Assembly (NCBI GenBank): GCA_041838435.1
Contig: JBGYPO010000152.1
Location: 1-51,867 of the forward strand
Length of the DNA stretch: 51,867 nt
Source of the DNA: Aliicoccus sp.
Lineage (GTDB): Bacteria; Bacillota; Bacilli; Staphylococcales; Salinicoccaceae
Direction: 5' to 3'
Below the pieces are notes generated by a model that worked only from the letters and a program-made list of their open reading frames with translations, was not told the DNA's origin and did not search any database. How positions within the stretch are numbered: the stretch's first letter is position 1; each line of letters starts with the position of its first letter. This document shows, piece after piece, positions 9,100 through 20,118 of this stretch. The position numbers were made by a program, and so were the translations under genes.

Positions 9100-10827
9100 T
9101 TATTCTAAAATTTTGCCTATTTCTTCAACCACTTCATATGGTTTAAACGGGGTACCGTCATATTTTAATATCGATGCCATTTTGTCGTGAGCACCGTAGT
9201 TCATCTTGATGATGCTCATAAGCTGGGCACTGTAGTTATGCTCAATGACAATAATTTTTTTCGCTCCGTCAAGATATGGTCTCAACTTCTCAATTGGCAT
9301 TGGATAGATTTGTTTTAAACTAATTGTCGTTACGTTCTCAATCAGGCGCTCCGCGGCTTCCTGCACGACACCATTTACACTTAAAATACTGATGATTAAA
9401 ACATCACTTTCAACATCACCGTATGCTTTGAATGGCTCTTTCATGAGTTCATTCGACATTTTTCTCATGCGCTTATCCATTTGAACTTTTCGATTTTTCG
9501 CGTCTTCATTCGGTGTACCATCAGGATTGTGTTCTACACCTGTCACATGGTGAATACCATTTTTAAGTCCAGGCACCGGTCTTGGTGACACACCGTCCTC
9601 GGTATCTTTATAGCGGTGGAAATATTCATTGTCATGTTCTAGAACGTCAGTAAGCAATGTTTTACCTCGGGTAATTTCAACTTTCGATTGATCAAACGGT
9701 CGTGACGTTTGCTTACCGAGCGACATTTGTAAATCTGATAATAAAATGACCGGTAATTGATATGTATCTGCTAAATTAAATGCATCGATTGTCGTATAAA
9801 ATGCATCTTCTACGTCACTTGGTGCAAGCACAATTTTCGGAATATCACCATGTGTACCATATACCATCTGCATCAAGTCTGATTGTTCCTGCTTCGTCGG
9901 CAGTCCCGTTGAAGGTCCCCCGCGCATCGTATCAACGACAACCAGTGGTGTCTCTGTCATACCAGATAAACCAATCGACTCCATCATGAGAGACAATCCC
10001 GGACCGGCTGATGCTGTAAAGCTGCGTCCACCTGCATAGTTTGAACCAATTGCCATCATTACAGCGCTGATTTCATCTTCAGTTTGAATCACTGTACCAC
10101 CAAAGCGCGGCAGGTGTTTTATCATGTATTCCATAATCTCACTTGCTGGTGTAATTGGATAAGCACCCATAAAACGTACGCCGGCATTTATCGCACCAAA
10201 ACTTATCGCATCGTTCCCAATTAAAAACAGCTTTTCAGAATTATCCGGAGGATTTAATTTAAATGCATCTAAGTCAATATCGCCGACTTCTGCAGCCATT
10301 AAACGATAACCCTCTTCCAGTGCTTGACGGTTATGACTGACAATATCTTCACCCTTACGTGCAAACATACGATGCACCATCGCGTTAAAATGCTCGAGGC
10401 TGATATCCATGAGCTTCGCGCTCGCACCGATTGCCACCATGTTTTTCATCAGCTGGCTGCCGATAGATTTCGCCGTTTCTGTAAATGGTATAATAACGAG
10501 CTTCACATCAAGCCACCCGTCCACAGTTGGATTAAATTTCGCATCTGCGATAATCACCCCACCAGAAATTAATTCATGTGCATTCACATCGATTGTCTGC
10601 TGGTCAAACGCCACCAAAATATCTATATTGTCACTCACAGCCCTCACTTCACTTGTCGAGATGCGAATGTTGTTATTCGTGTGCCCGCCTTTAATACGAC
10701 TTGAGAAATGTCGATAACTGTATAAATAGTATCCCATACGATTCAATGTTGTTGAGAACACTTCACCAGTCGACTCGATACCTTCACCCTGCTGTCCGCC
10801 GACTTTCCATGTAATTTGATCCTTCAT
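9100..10827 (-). CDS. korA: 2-oxoacid:ferredoxin oxidoreductase alpha subunit (fused gamma-alpha)
   Basis: GGQQGEGI, YPITPASE, EDEI, RGGPSTGLPTK motifs. Confidence 0.93.
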   Translation of the reverse strand: MKDQITWKVGGQQGEGIESTGEVFSTTLNRMGYYLYSYRHFSSRIKGGHTNNNIRISTSEVRAVSDNIDILVAFDQQTIDVNAHELISGGVIIADAKFNPTVDGWLDVKLVIIPFTETAKSIGSQLMKNMVAIGASAKLMDISLEHFNAMVHRMFARKGEDIVSHNRQALEEGYRLMAAEVGDIDLDAFKLNPPDNSEKLFLIGNDAISFGAINAGVRFMGAYPITPASEIMEYMIKHLPRFGGTVIQTEDEISAVMMAIGSNYAGGRSFTASAGPGLSLMMESIGLSGMTETPLVVVDTMRGGPSTGLPTKQEQSDLMQMVYGTHGDIPKIVLAPSDVEDAFYTTIDAFNLADTYQLPVILLSDLQMSLGKQTSRPFDQSKVEITRGKTLLTDVLEHDNEYFHRYKDTEDGVSPRPVPGLKNGIHHVTGVEHNPDGTPNEDAKNRKVQMDKRMRKMSNELMKEPFKAYGDVESDVLIISILSVNGVVQEAAERLIENVTTISLKQIYPMPIEKLRPYLDGAKKIIVIEHNYSAQLMSIIKMNYGAHDKMASILKYDGTPFKPYEVVEEIGKILE

Positions 10828-10896
10828 AACGAATCCCCCTATTCTTTCCCACTATAGCAACCTTTAGCAACCAAATCGATTGACCTAAAGACCGAT

Positions 10897-11655
10897 TTAT
10901 TCCTTTATTTGTAGCGTTTGAATTGACTTTTTATCTGTGTCTAAAACCACTGCCGATAAAATTCCAGCACCATCATCTGGTACGTAATGTTTCACTGGCA
11001 TGCCTGTAATGAAGCGATTGATGACTTCATCTTTACGAATACCTAAGATACCTTTTCGGTAACCCGTCATGCCGACATCTGTAATATAGAGCGTGCCGTC
11101 ATCTAGACGCATCGCATCATTTGTCTGGACATGGGTGTGCGTGCCGATTACGGCTTCAACGCGGCCATCTAAATAATAGCCCATCGCGAGTGCTTCACTT
11201 GTCGTCTCTGAATGAAAGTCTACTATATGTAAGTCGGCTACTGATTCACCGAGCAGTTTATCGATTGCTCTAAATGGACAGTCAATCGTTTGCATGAAAG
11301 CACGACCTTGTAGATTGATAATCATCACCTGTGTGCCGTTAATATTAATTGTTTTGTGCCCGACTCCCGGCGCATCCGGCGGAAAGTTTAACGGACGGAC
11401 TAATTTTACGTCAGTCTCCATGAGTTCTGTGACCTCACGTTTTGCGAACGCATGATTACCGAGTGTAACCATATCCGCCCCGCTCTTTAATATTTCTTTA
11501 TATGTACTTGTAGTGATTCCTTTGCCGTGCGCTGCATTTTCACCGTTAACAATAGCGAGCTGCACATGATGCTCACGCTTCAGCTGAGTCAGATGCTCAC
11601 TGAGCATACGACGGCCGATCTTTCCTACAACATCTCCAACAAACAAAATTCGCAT
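10897..11655 (-). CDS. ymdB: YmdB-family metallophosphoesterase
   Basis: MRILFVGDVVG, NGENAAHGKG, GNH, GTHTHV, TDVGMTG. Start moved to MRILF. Confidence 0.95.
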   Translation of the reverse strand: MRILFVGDVVGKIGRRMLSEHLTQLKREHHVQLAIVNGENAAHGKGITTSTYKEILKSGADMVTLGNHAFAKREVTELMETDVKLVRPLNFPPDAPGVGHKTININGTQVMIINLQGRAFMQTIDCPFRAIDKLLGESVADLHIVDFHSETTSEALAMGYYLDGRVEAVIGTHTHVQTNDAMRLDDGTLYITDVGMTGYRKGILGIRKDEVINRFITGMPVKHYVPDDGAGILSAVVLDTDKKSIQTLQIKE

Positions 11656-11692
11656 GTGGTTACATCCTTCCAAATTAATCTCACATTTATAT

Positions 11693-11721
11693 ATTATATT
11701 ACAAAATTATTATTATATGAA
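11693..11721 (-). promoter_or_regulatory. sigma-A-type promoter for ymdB
   Basis: TTCATA-17 nt-TATAAT in an AT-rich context. Confidence 0.6.
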
Positions 11722-11730
11722 AAAATTATG

Positions 11731-12089
11731 TGTATGAATCGCTACAACTGCATCCAAAATCATCGAGTTGTGGCTAAACAGAGTGTAAATCGCCACAACT
11801 GCATCCAAAATCATTAAGTTGTGGCTAAACAGAGTGTGAATCGCCACAACTGCATCCAAAATCATCGAGTTGTGGTTAAACAGAGTGTGAATCGCTACAA
11901 CTGCATCCAAAATCATTGAGTTGTGGCTAAGCAGAGTGTGAATCGCCACAACTGCATCAAAAATCATCGAGTTGTGGCTAAACAGAGTCCAAATCGCTAC
12001 AACTACATCCAAAATCATCGAGTTGTGGCTAAACAGAGTGTAAATCGCCACAACTGCATCAAAAATCATCGAGTTGTGGCTAAACAGAG
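11731..12089. repeat. Tandem hairpin array, type C (51-bp period, 7 units)
   Basis: GCYACAACT at 11741, 11792, 11843, 11894, 11945, 11996, 12047; 16-nt loop GCATCMAAAATCATCG; inverted arm AGTTGTGGC; 17-nt linker TAAACAGAGTGTRAATC. Confidence 0.96.
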
Positions 12090-12114
12090 CATAAAACACC
12101 TCATTTTAGACATG

Positions 12115-12141
12115 AAAAAACCAGTAGCTGGGCTACTGGTT
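12115..12141 (-). terminator. Intrinsic terminator after rny
   Basis: AACCAGTAGC-cca-GCTACTGGTT followed by a T run; overlaps the stop codon. Confidence 0.9.
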
Positions 12142-13699
12142 ATTTTGCATATTCTACTGCTCTCATTTCTCGGACAACTGTCACTTTTATATGTCCTGGA
12201 TATTGCAACTCTTTTTCAATTTGATCTTTAATGTCTCGCGCCAATCGATGTGACTGTAGGTCATCGATATCATCTGGCTTCACAATAACACGTATTTCGC
12301 GTCCTGCTTGAATAGCGAATGTTTTCTCAACGCCATCATAGCCCTGTGAAATTTCTTCTAAACGTTTCAAGCGCTTCACATAGTTCTCAAGCGTCTCTCT
12401 TCTCGCACCTGGACGTGCCGCACTTAGTGCATCTGCCGCAGCGACAAGTATAGAAATAATGCTTGTCGGTTCAACATCACCGTGGTGGGAGTGAATAGCG
12501 TTGATTACTGTGTCATGCTCTTTATAGCGTTTCGCAAGTTCAACACCTGTTTCAACGTGTGATCCTTCAACTTCATGGTCAATGGATTTCCCAATGTCAT
12601 GCAGTAAGCCGGCACGTCTTGCAAGCGTCACGTCTTCACCGAGTTCTGATGCAAGTAATCCCGCTAAGTAACCCACTTCGACTGAGTGTGCAAGTACGTT
12701 TTGACCATAGCTTAAACGATATTTCATACGTCCGAGATGTTTAACCAGCTCAGGATGTATGTTATGAAGATCAAGTTCGAAAGCAGCTGCTTCGCCGGCA
12801 TCTCTAATTTCTGTCTCCATATTGCGTTTTGCTTTATCAACCATCTCTTCGATACGTCCTGGATGTATTCTACCATCTTGGACCAGAGATTCTAATGCGC
12901 TTTTCGCAACAGCACGTCTGATTGGATCAAATCCAGATAAAATTACTGCTTCTGGTGTATCGTCGATGATTAAATCGACTCCTGTAAGCGTTTCGAGTGT
13001 GCGGATATTTCGTCCTTCACGCCCGATAATTCTACCTTTCATTTCGTCGTTTGGTAAATTTACAACCGAAACCGTCGATTCACTTGTGTAGTCAGCCGCA
13101 TAACGCTGTGCTGATACAGCAAGTAATTCTTTCGCTTTCTTATCTACATCTAATTTCATTTGTGATTCTTTTTCTTTCACGAGCACAGCCATATCATGTG
13201 ACAGTTCTTTTTCAACCTCATTAAACAATTCAGTGCGCGCTTCATCACGCGTCAGTCCGGAGATGCGAGAGAGTTCTTCTTGTTGTGAATTAATTATATC
13301 CTTAATCCTCAATTCCTCGGCATCAACCTTTTGCTGTTTGTCTTCAATTTTAACTTCTTTGTTATCCAGTGCCTCATCTTTCTTATCGAGAGTCTCACTT
13401 TTACGATCTAGATTTTCTTCACGTTGTAATAACCTTGATTCTTGCATACGAAGATCATCACGCTTGTCATCTAGATCTGCTTGGGTCTCCTCTTTTAGAC
13501 GCTGGTTTTCCTCTTTTGCTTCAAGCAGCTTTTCTTTCTTTAGGCTATCCGCCTCTTTTTCGGCTTCTTTAATAATATGCTCCGCCGAAGTTCTTGCTTC
13601 TTGCTGCTTTTTCGTCAAATTAGATTTAACAATAAAATATCCGATTACAACACCTAGAATTAAACCAAGTAGGATTAAGAAAATGTCTATTAGTTCCAC
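12140..13699 (-). CDS. rny: Ribonuclease Y
   Basis: N-terminal TM helix, coiled coil, KH ([12 protein letters not shown]) and HD (LLHDIGK) domains. GTG 13699 follows AGGAGG. Confidence 0.98.
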   Translation of the reverse strand: MELIDIFLILLGLILGVVIGYFIVKSNLTKKQQEARTSAEHIIKEAEKEADSLKKEKLLEAKEENQRLKEETQADLDDKRDDLRMQESRLLQREENLDRKSETLDKKDEALDNKEVKIEDKQQKVDAEELRIKDIINSQQEELSRISGLTRDEARTELFNEVEKELSHDMAVLVKEKESQMKLDVDKKAKELLAVSAQRYAADYTSESTVSVVNLPNDEMKGRIIGREGRNIRTLETLTGVDLIIDDTPEAVILSGFDPIRRAVAKSALESLVQDGRIHPGRIEEMVDKAKRNMETEIRDAGEAAAFELDLHNIHPELVKHLGRMKYRLSYGQNVLAHSVEVGYLAGLLASELGEDVTLARRAGLLHDIGKSIDHEVEGSHVETGVELAKRYKEHDTVINAIHSHHGDVEPTSIISILVAAADALSAARPGARRETLENYVKRLKRLEEISQGYDGVEKTFAIQAGREIRVIVKPDDIDDLQSHRLARDIKDQIEKELQYPGHIKVTVVREMRAVEYAK

Positions 13700-13782
13700 G
13701 ACAATAAACACCTCCTAGTTTCTAGCTATTGTTCAACATATAATTAAATAATTATATACATCAATATTAAAGATTAAACCAC

Positions 13783-13821
13783 AAAAAGTAAAGCATCGGA
13801 CACAAATTGTCCAATGCTTTA
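13783..13821 (-). terminator. Intrinsic terminator after recA
   Basis: TAAAGCATTGGACA-atttg-TGTCCGATGCTTTA then CTTTTT. Confidence 0.8.
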
Positions 13822-13824
13822 TGA

Positions 13825-14889
13825 TTATAGATCTTCATCTTCAAATAATGAGTCTGTTGCCGGTACTTTTTCTTCTTTAGATTCAGCAGTTTTTTCTTTT
13901 TTCTCTGTGAATCCAAGTGCCTCTCTTAACAGTCCATCGATCTCTTCATAGAGTTTAGGATTGTTGCTTAAATATTCTTTGACGTTCTCTTTACCTTGCC
14001 CGAGACGCTCGCCGTTATAAGAATACCACGCACCACTCTTTTGAATGATATCCATCTCAGCACCAAGGTCAATTGTTTCACCAGTCTTAGAAATACCTTG
14101 ACCGTACATGATATCCACTTCAGCTACTTTAAACGGTGGTGCAACTTTGTTTTTAACAACTTTAATTTTAGTGCGGTTACCAACAATATCTTGACCAAGC
14201 TTTAAGTTTTCACTTCGGCGCACTTCTAAACGTACTGAACTGTAGAACTTAAGCGCACGTCCACCAGGTGTGATCTCCGGGTTACCGAACATAACGCCGA
14301 CTTTTTCACGAATTTGGTTGATGAATAACACCGTCGTATTACTTTTAGAAATGGCTGCAGAAAGTTTACGTAATGCCTGAGACATCAAGCGTGCCTGTAA
14401 ACCAACGTGCGTATCCCCCATCTCACCTTCGATTTCAGCTTTTGGCGTTAATGCTGCGACTGAGTCAACGACAACAATGTCTACAGCACCACTGCGCACA
14501 AATGCTTCAGTGATTTCTAACCCTTGCTCACCGTGGTCAGGCTGAGATAAATATAAATTCTCAATGTCTACGCCTAAATTTTTAGCATATACAGGATCAA
14601 GTGCGTGCTCTGCATCAATGAATGCTGCGATTCCGCCGTTTCTTTGTACTTCTGCAATGGCATGTAATGCAACTGTCGTTTTACCAGATGATTCCGGACC
14701 ATAGATTTCTACTATACGTCCTTTAGGATAACCACCGACGCCAAGCGCACGGTCTAATGTGATTGATCCACTGCCAGTTGTCGATACATTTCTAGATGTA
14801 TCTTCTCCTAGTTTCATAACGGCGCCTTTACCAAATGATTTTTCCATATTTTTAATAACCGTATCTATCGCTTTATGTCTTTCGTCCAT
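13825..14889 (-). CDS. recA: Recombinase RecA
   Basis: [34 protein letters not shown]. Start MDERH after GGAGG. Confidence 0.99.
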   Translation of the reverse strand: MDERHKAIDTVIKNMEKSFGKGAVMKLGEDTSRNVSTTGSGSITLDRALGVGGYPKGRIVEIYGPESSGKTTVALHAIAEVQRNGGIAAFIDAEHALDPVYAKNLGVDIENLYLSQPDHGEQGLEITEAFVRSGAVDIVVVDSVAALTPKAEIEGEMGDTHVGLQARLMSQALRKLSAAISKSNTTVLFINQIREKVGVMFGNPEITPGGRALKFYSSVRLEVRRSENLKLGQDIVGNRTKIKVVKNKVAPPFKVAEVDIMYGQGISKTGETIDLGAEMDIIQKSGAWYSYNGERLGQGKENVKEYLSNNPKLYEEIDGLLREALGFTEKKEKTAESKEEKVPATDSLFEDEDL

Positions 14890-14919
14890 AATGAACCTCC
14901 ATATCATATCTTCATAAAT

Positions 14920-14990
14920 ATTATATCATGATTAAAAATTAAAAGCGAACATATATTCGATTAAACACGCAGAAATTGAATAATTGTTCG
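14920..14990 (-). promoter_or_regulatory. recA promoter (extended -10) with two LexA/SOS boxes
   Basis: TGnTATAAT at 14920-14928. CGAACATATATTCG (14946-14959) and CGAACAATTATTCA (minus strand, 14977-14990) resemble the Firmicute CGAAC-N4-GTTCG box. Confidence 0.85.
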
Positions 14991-15048
14991 CATTTTTGAC
15001 GTTTCTGTTCTATTCACCAACAATTAATGTATTTCTGCACAGACTTGG

Positions 15049-15648
15049 CTACAATATTTTTTTCTTACTTTTGTCTTGTTTAAACACTGCACGACCCTTA
15101 TAAAAGTATTCAGCACCAGATAAGATCGTAAAGAACACTGCGATGTACATCATTACCATGCCAAGTGAAAATGGCAGCAATTCTGTAAATAAATCACCAA
15201 ACAATAAAAATACGAGTGCAAGCATTTGGAACGTTGTCTTCACCTTACCGAGCTGTGAAGCCGCGCTGACAAAGCCCTGTTCGATTTGTAATATACGTAG
15301 TCCAGTAACTGCGAACTCACGCGCTAATATCACCACAGCAATCCATGAAGATATCACATGCCACTCAACCAACACGATGAGTCCTGCCATGACGAGTACT
15401 TTATCGGCAAGCGGATCTAAAAATTTACCCATGTTTGTAATTAAATTTAGTTTGCGTGCAAGGTAGCCATCCAGGAAATCAGTGAGTGCTGCGACTACAA
15501 ATATGATAGCTGCGATGAGCTGCTCAATACGAATGACTTCTCCCCACAAGAACTTTGTGTCTCCAAAGCCAAAGTCGATAAGCGCAAACAGTAAAAATAT
15601 CGGAATTAATATCACGCGGAAGATAGTTATTTGATTTGCAATATTCAT
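15049..15648 (-). CDS. pgsA: CDP-diacylglycerol--glycerol-3-phosphate 3-phosphatidyltransferase
   Basis: [11 protein letters not shown]...[13 protein letters not shown]-alcohol phosphotransferase motif. Confidence 0.97.
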   Translation of the reverse strand: MNIANQITIFRVILIPIFLLFALIDFGFGDTKFLWGEVIRIEQLIAAIIFVVAALTDFLDGYLARKLNLITNMGKFLDPLADKVLVMAGLIVLVEWHVISSWIAVVILAREFAVTGLRILQIEQGFVSAASQLGKVKTTFQMLALVFLLFGDLFTELLPFSLGMVMMYIAVFFTILSGAEYFYKGRAVFKQDKSKKKIL

Positions 15649-16100
15649 AGTTTAATCTCTCCTAGTGTGTACCCTTCAATTCCGAACGCACTATACATAG
15701 GGCGCGGTTCAAAGATGTCTGCTTGCGAGCCAATTTGTAAAAGAATAATCCACACGATAAAAAGCACCGCGATCATTCCAATAAACGTGATGACTACGCG
15801 TTTAAAATATTTTTGGTCAGCATTTTCCGCTTCAGCGATGTAGGCAGGTTTTTCATCGTCATTCGGAAATTCTGCCGCATGTTCGTCAATGAGACGTTGT
15901 CCATTGATATCGAGTGCCTCAGCATACTGAAGTACTAAAAACTTCGCATGCTCCGGACTCGGCAGCGATTCAAAATTGTTCGATTCTATCTTTAAAATAA
16001 CATCCATCCTCAGTCCGGATTGCTCATGGAGCATCTTTAGCGTTGTACTGCGATCTTCACGCTTTGCTTGAAGATATTGTCCAATCTTCACGTCCATCAC
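15645..16100 (-). CDS. rodZ: Short RodZ/YmfM-like HTH membrane protein
   Basis: N-terminal HTH ([10 protein letters not shown]...[10 protein letters not shown]...YAEALDI), one TM helix, short C-tail. Conserved position upstream of pgsA. Confidence 0.8.
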   Translation of the reverse strand: MMDVKIGQYLQAKREDRSTTLKMLHEQSGLRMDVILKIESNNFESLPSPEHAKFLVLQYAEALDINGQRLIDEHAAEFPNDDEKPAYIAEAENADQKYFKRVVITFIGMIAVLFIVWIILLQIGSQADIFEPRPMYSAFGIEGYTLGEIKL

Positions 16101-16922
16101 CTACATTCCTTCAAAAAATCCCATATCTTCATTTTGGAACCAGTGTTTCTTTTTGTGTTGTTCATAAGAAATGACTTGATTCTCATTTTCTCTCAGTTCA
16201 ATTATATAGTCAAAATCATCGATACTAAAATGCATATCTTCTACAAATAAATCCGGATGCTCCACTACTTTTACAGCATTGTAGCTCATGATTTCACGCA
16301 CAAGTTCACGATGCCCTTCTTTACTTGAGTTCATTGTGACAGCACCATCAATAATATACACGTAACTTTTATCGTATTCACCTTTAATCAAGCGCGTGCG
16401 CTCTGTTTGTTTTAATAATGTAGACGATAAAAACAGCCACTTCTTTTTAGCGTGGACACTGCCGGCAACAATTGACTCTGTCTTTCCAACACGCGGCATG
16501 CCGCGCACTCCAATTACTGCGTTTGGATCCATTCTAAATATCTCGCCTAAGAAATCAACCAGGACACCAATCTCTTCTCGTGTGAAACGAAACACCTTTT
16601 TATCTTCGGCATCACGCTTAATAAATTTACCATGCTGTACAGCTAAGCGGTCACGTACTTCTGGAATGCGCATCACTAAATTTTTAATGTCAGGTATGTG
16701 CCGTGCAATAAATTTAAAACGCGTGAGTTTATTAATATCGTCTGTGCGGATAATAATGCCGCGTCTAAGTTCCGCTACACCGTTGATGATATTGATACTA
16801 ATCCCTAGGTTTCCAAGAAGTGATGTCAAGTCACCGAGTAACCCCGGTCTGTTATTGACGATTTCATATTCTAAGTACATTTCAATATTGCGGTTTGGAT
16901 GTGCGCCTGTTCCTTCATTCAT
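16101..16922 (-). CDS. ymfK: YmfK/DUF3388 ACT-domain protein
   Basis: YLEYEI.NNRPGLLGD, RDRLAVQHG, GVRGMPRVGKTES. Start at the ATGA overlap with the upstream stop. Confidence 0.88.
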   Translation of the reverse strand: MNEGTGAHPNRNIEMYLEYEIVNNRPGLLGDLTSLLGNLGISINIINGVAELRRGIIIRTDDINKLTRFKFIARHIPDIKNLVMRIPEVRDRLAVQHGKFIKRDAEDKKVFRFTREEIGVLVDFLGEIFRMDPNAVIGVRGMPRVGKTESIVAGSVHAKKKWLFLSSTLLKQTERTRLIKGEYDKSYVYIIDGAVTMNSSKEGHRELVREIMSYNAVKVVEHPDLFVEDMHFSIDDFDYIIELRENENQVISYEQHKKKHWFQNEDMGFFEGM

Positions 16923-17605
16923 GTATACCATCCTCCGTTAACTTTCATGATTTCACCTGTGACTGAGCTTGCCTGTGGGCTGAGTAAATATGACACGGCA
17001 TGTGCGACTTCAATCGGCTGAACGTAACGATGCTGCGGAATTTCACTTAACACAGCGTCGTTATCATCATTCTCAAACGCATCCATCATTGTACTTTCTA
17101 CAGCACCCGGAGATACTGCATTCACTGTAATGTTTGTCCGGGCAAACTCTTTCGCGAGAGACTTAACAAGCGCGTTTTGCGCACCCTTCATGGCAGCGTA
17201 TCCCGCTTCACAACTCGCACCTGTGTCCCCCCATATTGAAGATAATACAACGATGCGTCCATTCGGGCTTTGTTTTAACAGTGGCAAACACACTTGCACA
17301 AACAATGATAAATTCCGTATGCTCATGTTGTATTGTACATCAAGCGATTCAAGCGGCATGTCATCAAACAAAGTGACGAGTTGCACACCAGGACACCAAA
17401 TCAAATTATCCAGTGACTTTAAATGTGCGAGTTTCACACTTAATTCTTGTAGTGAAACTGGTGCCGATAGATCCATGTATAAATGTTGTGAATCAATGCG
17501 CGGCTTCGTTTGACGAGACACAGTCGTTAACTCATGCGCACTTAATGCCTCTGCTATTGCCGAACCAATCACACCTGTGCTTCCGACAATTAATGTACTA
17601 GGCAT
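16919..17605 (-). CDS. ymfI: SDR oxidoreductase, YmfI (EF-P 5-aminopentanone reductase-like)
   Basis: GSTGVIG, SSIWG, YAAMKG, NAVSPG, VNGGW. Syntenic with ymfH and ymfK. Confidence 0.85.
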   Translation of the reverse strand: MPSTLIVGSTGVIGSAIAEALSAHELTTVSRQTKPRIDSQHLYMDLSAPVSLQELSVKLAHLKSLDNLIWCPGVQLVTLFDDMPLESLDVQYNMSIRNLSLFVQVCLPLLKQSPNGRIVVLSSIWGDTGASCEAGYAAMKGAQNALVKSLAKEFARTNITVNAVSPGAVESTMMDAFENDDNDAVLSEIPQHRYVQPIEVAHAVSYLLSPQASSVTGEIMKVNGGWYT

Positions 17606-18881
17606 TGGGTTTAACTACACTGACTGCTTGATAGTCTTTATCGAGCGTTCTATTGAACACAGTTTTAATATCATCAAGTGAAATCTCATCGATGACATCC
17701 AACACGTCAAATAAATCGACACCATCAAGTTTATATTTTGTATATTGCATCGCGACATATTCCGGAGAATTTAAACTCGATAAAAAGTCACCAATCACTT
17801 CTCTTTTCTTTAACATCAACATCTCTTCATTAAAAAATGCGCCCTGCTTCACTTTATCAATGATGTCATTAATTGCTGAGACAAACGGGTCTACCTGATG
17901 CGTATTCACTGCAAACACGGAATATGAATAGTCCACTTCCTCAGCATGCATATAGTTAAATGAATTATCGATTAGGCCCTTGTCTTCAAGTTCATAATAA
18001 TATAGCGACTGCTCACCAAACACCAAATCAAGCGCCAGCATCATTGCCAAGTCTTTTTTAAGGCGCGCTTCAGATGTTAACGATTCACTTACACCTTTAA
18101 AACCAACTTTTACGTTCGTCTCTGTTATGTCCATTTCCATTTCAATATAAGGTTTAACTACACGCCGCGGTTCGTCGGGCATTATTTTTTCAATCATATG
18201 TTGACTATCTAATCCGCGAGATGCTTGATGGGAATCAATATAATCAATTACCTCTTCATAATCGATATCACCGACGATAACTAAAACCATATTAGATGGA
18301 TGATAGAAGGTCTCGTAACATGTGTATAAATGCGCATGTGTAATTTCTTTAATAGATGCAGTTGATCCGCCAATATCATTTCTTATTGGTGAAGCGTGAT
18401 ACATTGATTGTAACAGCCCCATCTCAGCACGGTAATCCGGATCATCCAAATACATCTTGAGCTCTTCATCAATAATGCCCACTTCTTTTGCAACAGTTTC
18501 AGCCGTAAAGTAAGGTTGTTCTACCATATCCATTAAAGTTTTTAAGTTTTTATAGAGTTCTGTTGTAGTACTGAACAGGTAACTCGTACGGTCGTATGAA
18601 GTGTATGCATTAGCACTTGCACCATTTTTACCGAAATGTTGAAATACATCACCATCTTCTTTTTCAAACATCTTATGCTCTAAAAAATGTGCGATACCAT
18701 CCGGTACTACTACCTCTTCATTATTCACGATGAAATGATCATCCATTGAACCATATTTTGTCGTATAACTGACGAACTTTTTATTAAAGCCTGGCTTTAA
18801 TACACAGTACACATCAAGACCGTTATCGCATTGATGATGAACAACCGTTTCACCTAAGGCCTCATAGTGTTTAATTTCCAT
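17598..18881 (-). CDS. ymfH: M16-family zinc peptidase YmfH
   Basis: PDGIAHFLEHKMFE (HxxEH), NAYTS, FYHPSNM. Start MEIKH after AGGAGG. Confidence 0.92.
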   Translation of the reverse strand: MEIKHYEALGETVVHHQCDNGLDVYCVLKPGFNKKFVSYTTKYGSMDDHFIVNNEEVVVPDGIAHFLEHKMFEKEDGDVFQHFGKNGASANAYTSYDRTSYLFSTTTELYKNLKTLMDMVEQPYFTAETVAKEVGIIDEELKMYLDDPDYRAEMGLLQSMYHASPIRNDIGGSTASIKEITHAHLYTCYETFYHPSNMVLVIVGDIDYEEVIDYIDSHQASRGLDSQHMIEKIMPDEPRRVVKPYIEMEMDITETNVKVGFKGVSESLTSEARLKKDLAMMLALDLVFGEQSLYYYELEDKGLIDNSFNYMHAEEVDYSYSVFAVNTHQVDPFVSAINDIIDKVKQGAFFNEEMLMLKKREVIGDFLSSLNSPEYVAMQYTKYKLDGVDLFDVLDVIDEISLDDIKTVFNRTLDKDYQAVSVVKPNA

Positions 18882-20118
18882 TAAGTTTACCTCCTGATAA
18901 CACATGTACCGTATTTAAGTGCAATCGATTTGCAATGTCTATAATACTCTCTTTCGTTACATGTTGAAGAAGCTGTTCATAATCCGTCACGTTCCCTGTG
19001 ATGAGTTGATCATAAGCAATCTGTGTTAATCCACTCGGATTATCAAGTGATTCCTGTCGGTTTACAAGCATCATCATTTTACTCTCATCCACAAATGATT
19101 GTTCAAACTCTCCATTTCTTAGGCGTTCAAATTCTTTTAAAATAGCTTCTTTTGCAATCTCAACGTTATTATTGTCTACACCAGCAAGCACATGTAAAAA
19201 GCCGTTTCGCACATCAGTCATGGAAAAAATTTCATATGACAGGCTTAAGTGCTCTCTCACATTCATAAACAATAGTGAATTAATTGAACCGCCAAACATT
19301 TGGTTCATCGCACTTAAATTAATGCGGTCAACTTTATTTTTCACATCCATTGTGAAGCCCATGTTTATTCTCGCCTGTTCAATACTCATTGTCTCAAAAC
19401 TGTTTTTTACCGTTAAAGCATCAGAAAATGTGTAAGTCTCATCTGTGAGTGAGATTTGCTCATCTCTCTTAACTAAAAGATTTAGTTTATCTTTAATTGA
19501 TTCATCGATATCTCCGACAACAACGACTGCAACTTCATCTGTATCAATTAAACGTTTATATTCATTTTGTACCGACTCCAGTGTCAGTGACTCTATACCT
19601 TCTAATGTCCCGTAACTTTGGACACGCATCGGATGACCTTCAAACATCACGTTCATCATTTGCTCGAAACTTTTTTGTGACCGGTTATCTTGATAAGATT
19701 TCACGTGGTTCCTGTAAAGACGAAGCTCTTTATCAAAGGAGTTCTGTGTCTCTTCATTATAATCACTTGGTGAATGAATAATATCTTTTAACAATTCAAT
19801 CACTGGGTTCAGCACATCTAAATCTTCCAAGATAAACTTGTCGTTCACAAATTCCATGCGGAGCGAAACGACGTGATCGCTTCCCCGCTTAAACGTAGAA
19901 CTTGTTACATGTGCACCATAATATTCTGAGAGAAAATCAAGGAGTGCCTTCTCAGTTTTAAATTGAGACGTGCGCTTAATCATCATCTTTGACAATAAAC
20001 TTCGTGCTGCAACGCGCGATTCTTCCATTGTGCTTTTAAAGAACACGCTGATTGAAATTGTTTTGAACTTTTCGGTTTGAACAATTTTTATAGGTATTTG
20101 ATTATTTAGTATTGTCAT
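18871..20118 (-). CDS. ymfF: Inactive M16-family peptidase partner YmfF
   Basis: TEKFKT N-terminus, [18 protein letters not shown], no HxxEH. Paired with ymfH. Confidence 0.85.
   Translation of the reverse strand: MTILNNQIPIKIVQTEKFKTISISVFFKSTMEESRVAARSLLSKMMIKRTSQFKTEKALLDFLSEYYGAHVTSSTFKRGSDHVVSLRMEFVNDKFILEDLDVLNPVIELLKDIIHSPSDYNEETQNSFDKELRLYRNHVKSYQDNRSQKSFEQMMNVMFEGHPMRVQSYGTLEGIESLTLESVQNEYKRLIDTDEVAVVVVGDIDESIKDKLNLLVKRDEQISLTDETYTFSDALTVKNSFETMSIEQARINMGFTMDVKNKVDRINLSAMNQMFGGSINSLLFMNVREHLSLSYEIFSMTDVRNGFLHVLAGVDNNNVEIAKEAILKEFERLRNGEFEQSFVDESKMMMLVNRQESLDNPSGLTQIAYDQLITGNVTDYEQLLQHVTKESIIDIANRLHLNTVHVLSGGKLNGN

Noticed and set aside
11713-12231. ORFs 11713-12099 (-), 11923-12231 (+) and 11527-11817 (+) with 17-aa repeats
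   Set aside because: They are a by-product of the 51-bp (3n) period. ORFs occur on both strands, lack a properly spaced RBS, and the minus ORF begins just downstream of a terminator.
15645-16100. Short RodZ as a truncated pseudogene
   Set aside because: Coccoid staphylococcal relatives have a similarly short RodZ, and the ORF is tightly coupled to pgsA by an ATGA-like 4-nt overlap region.
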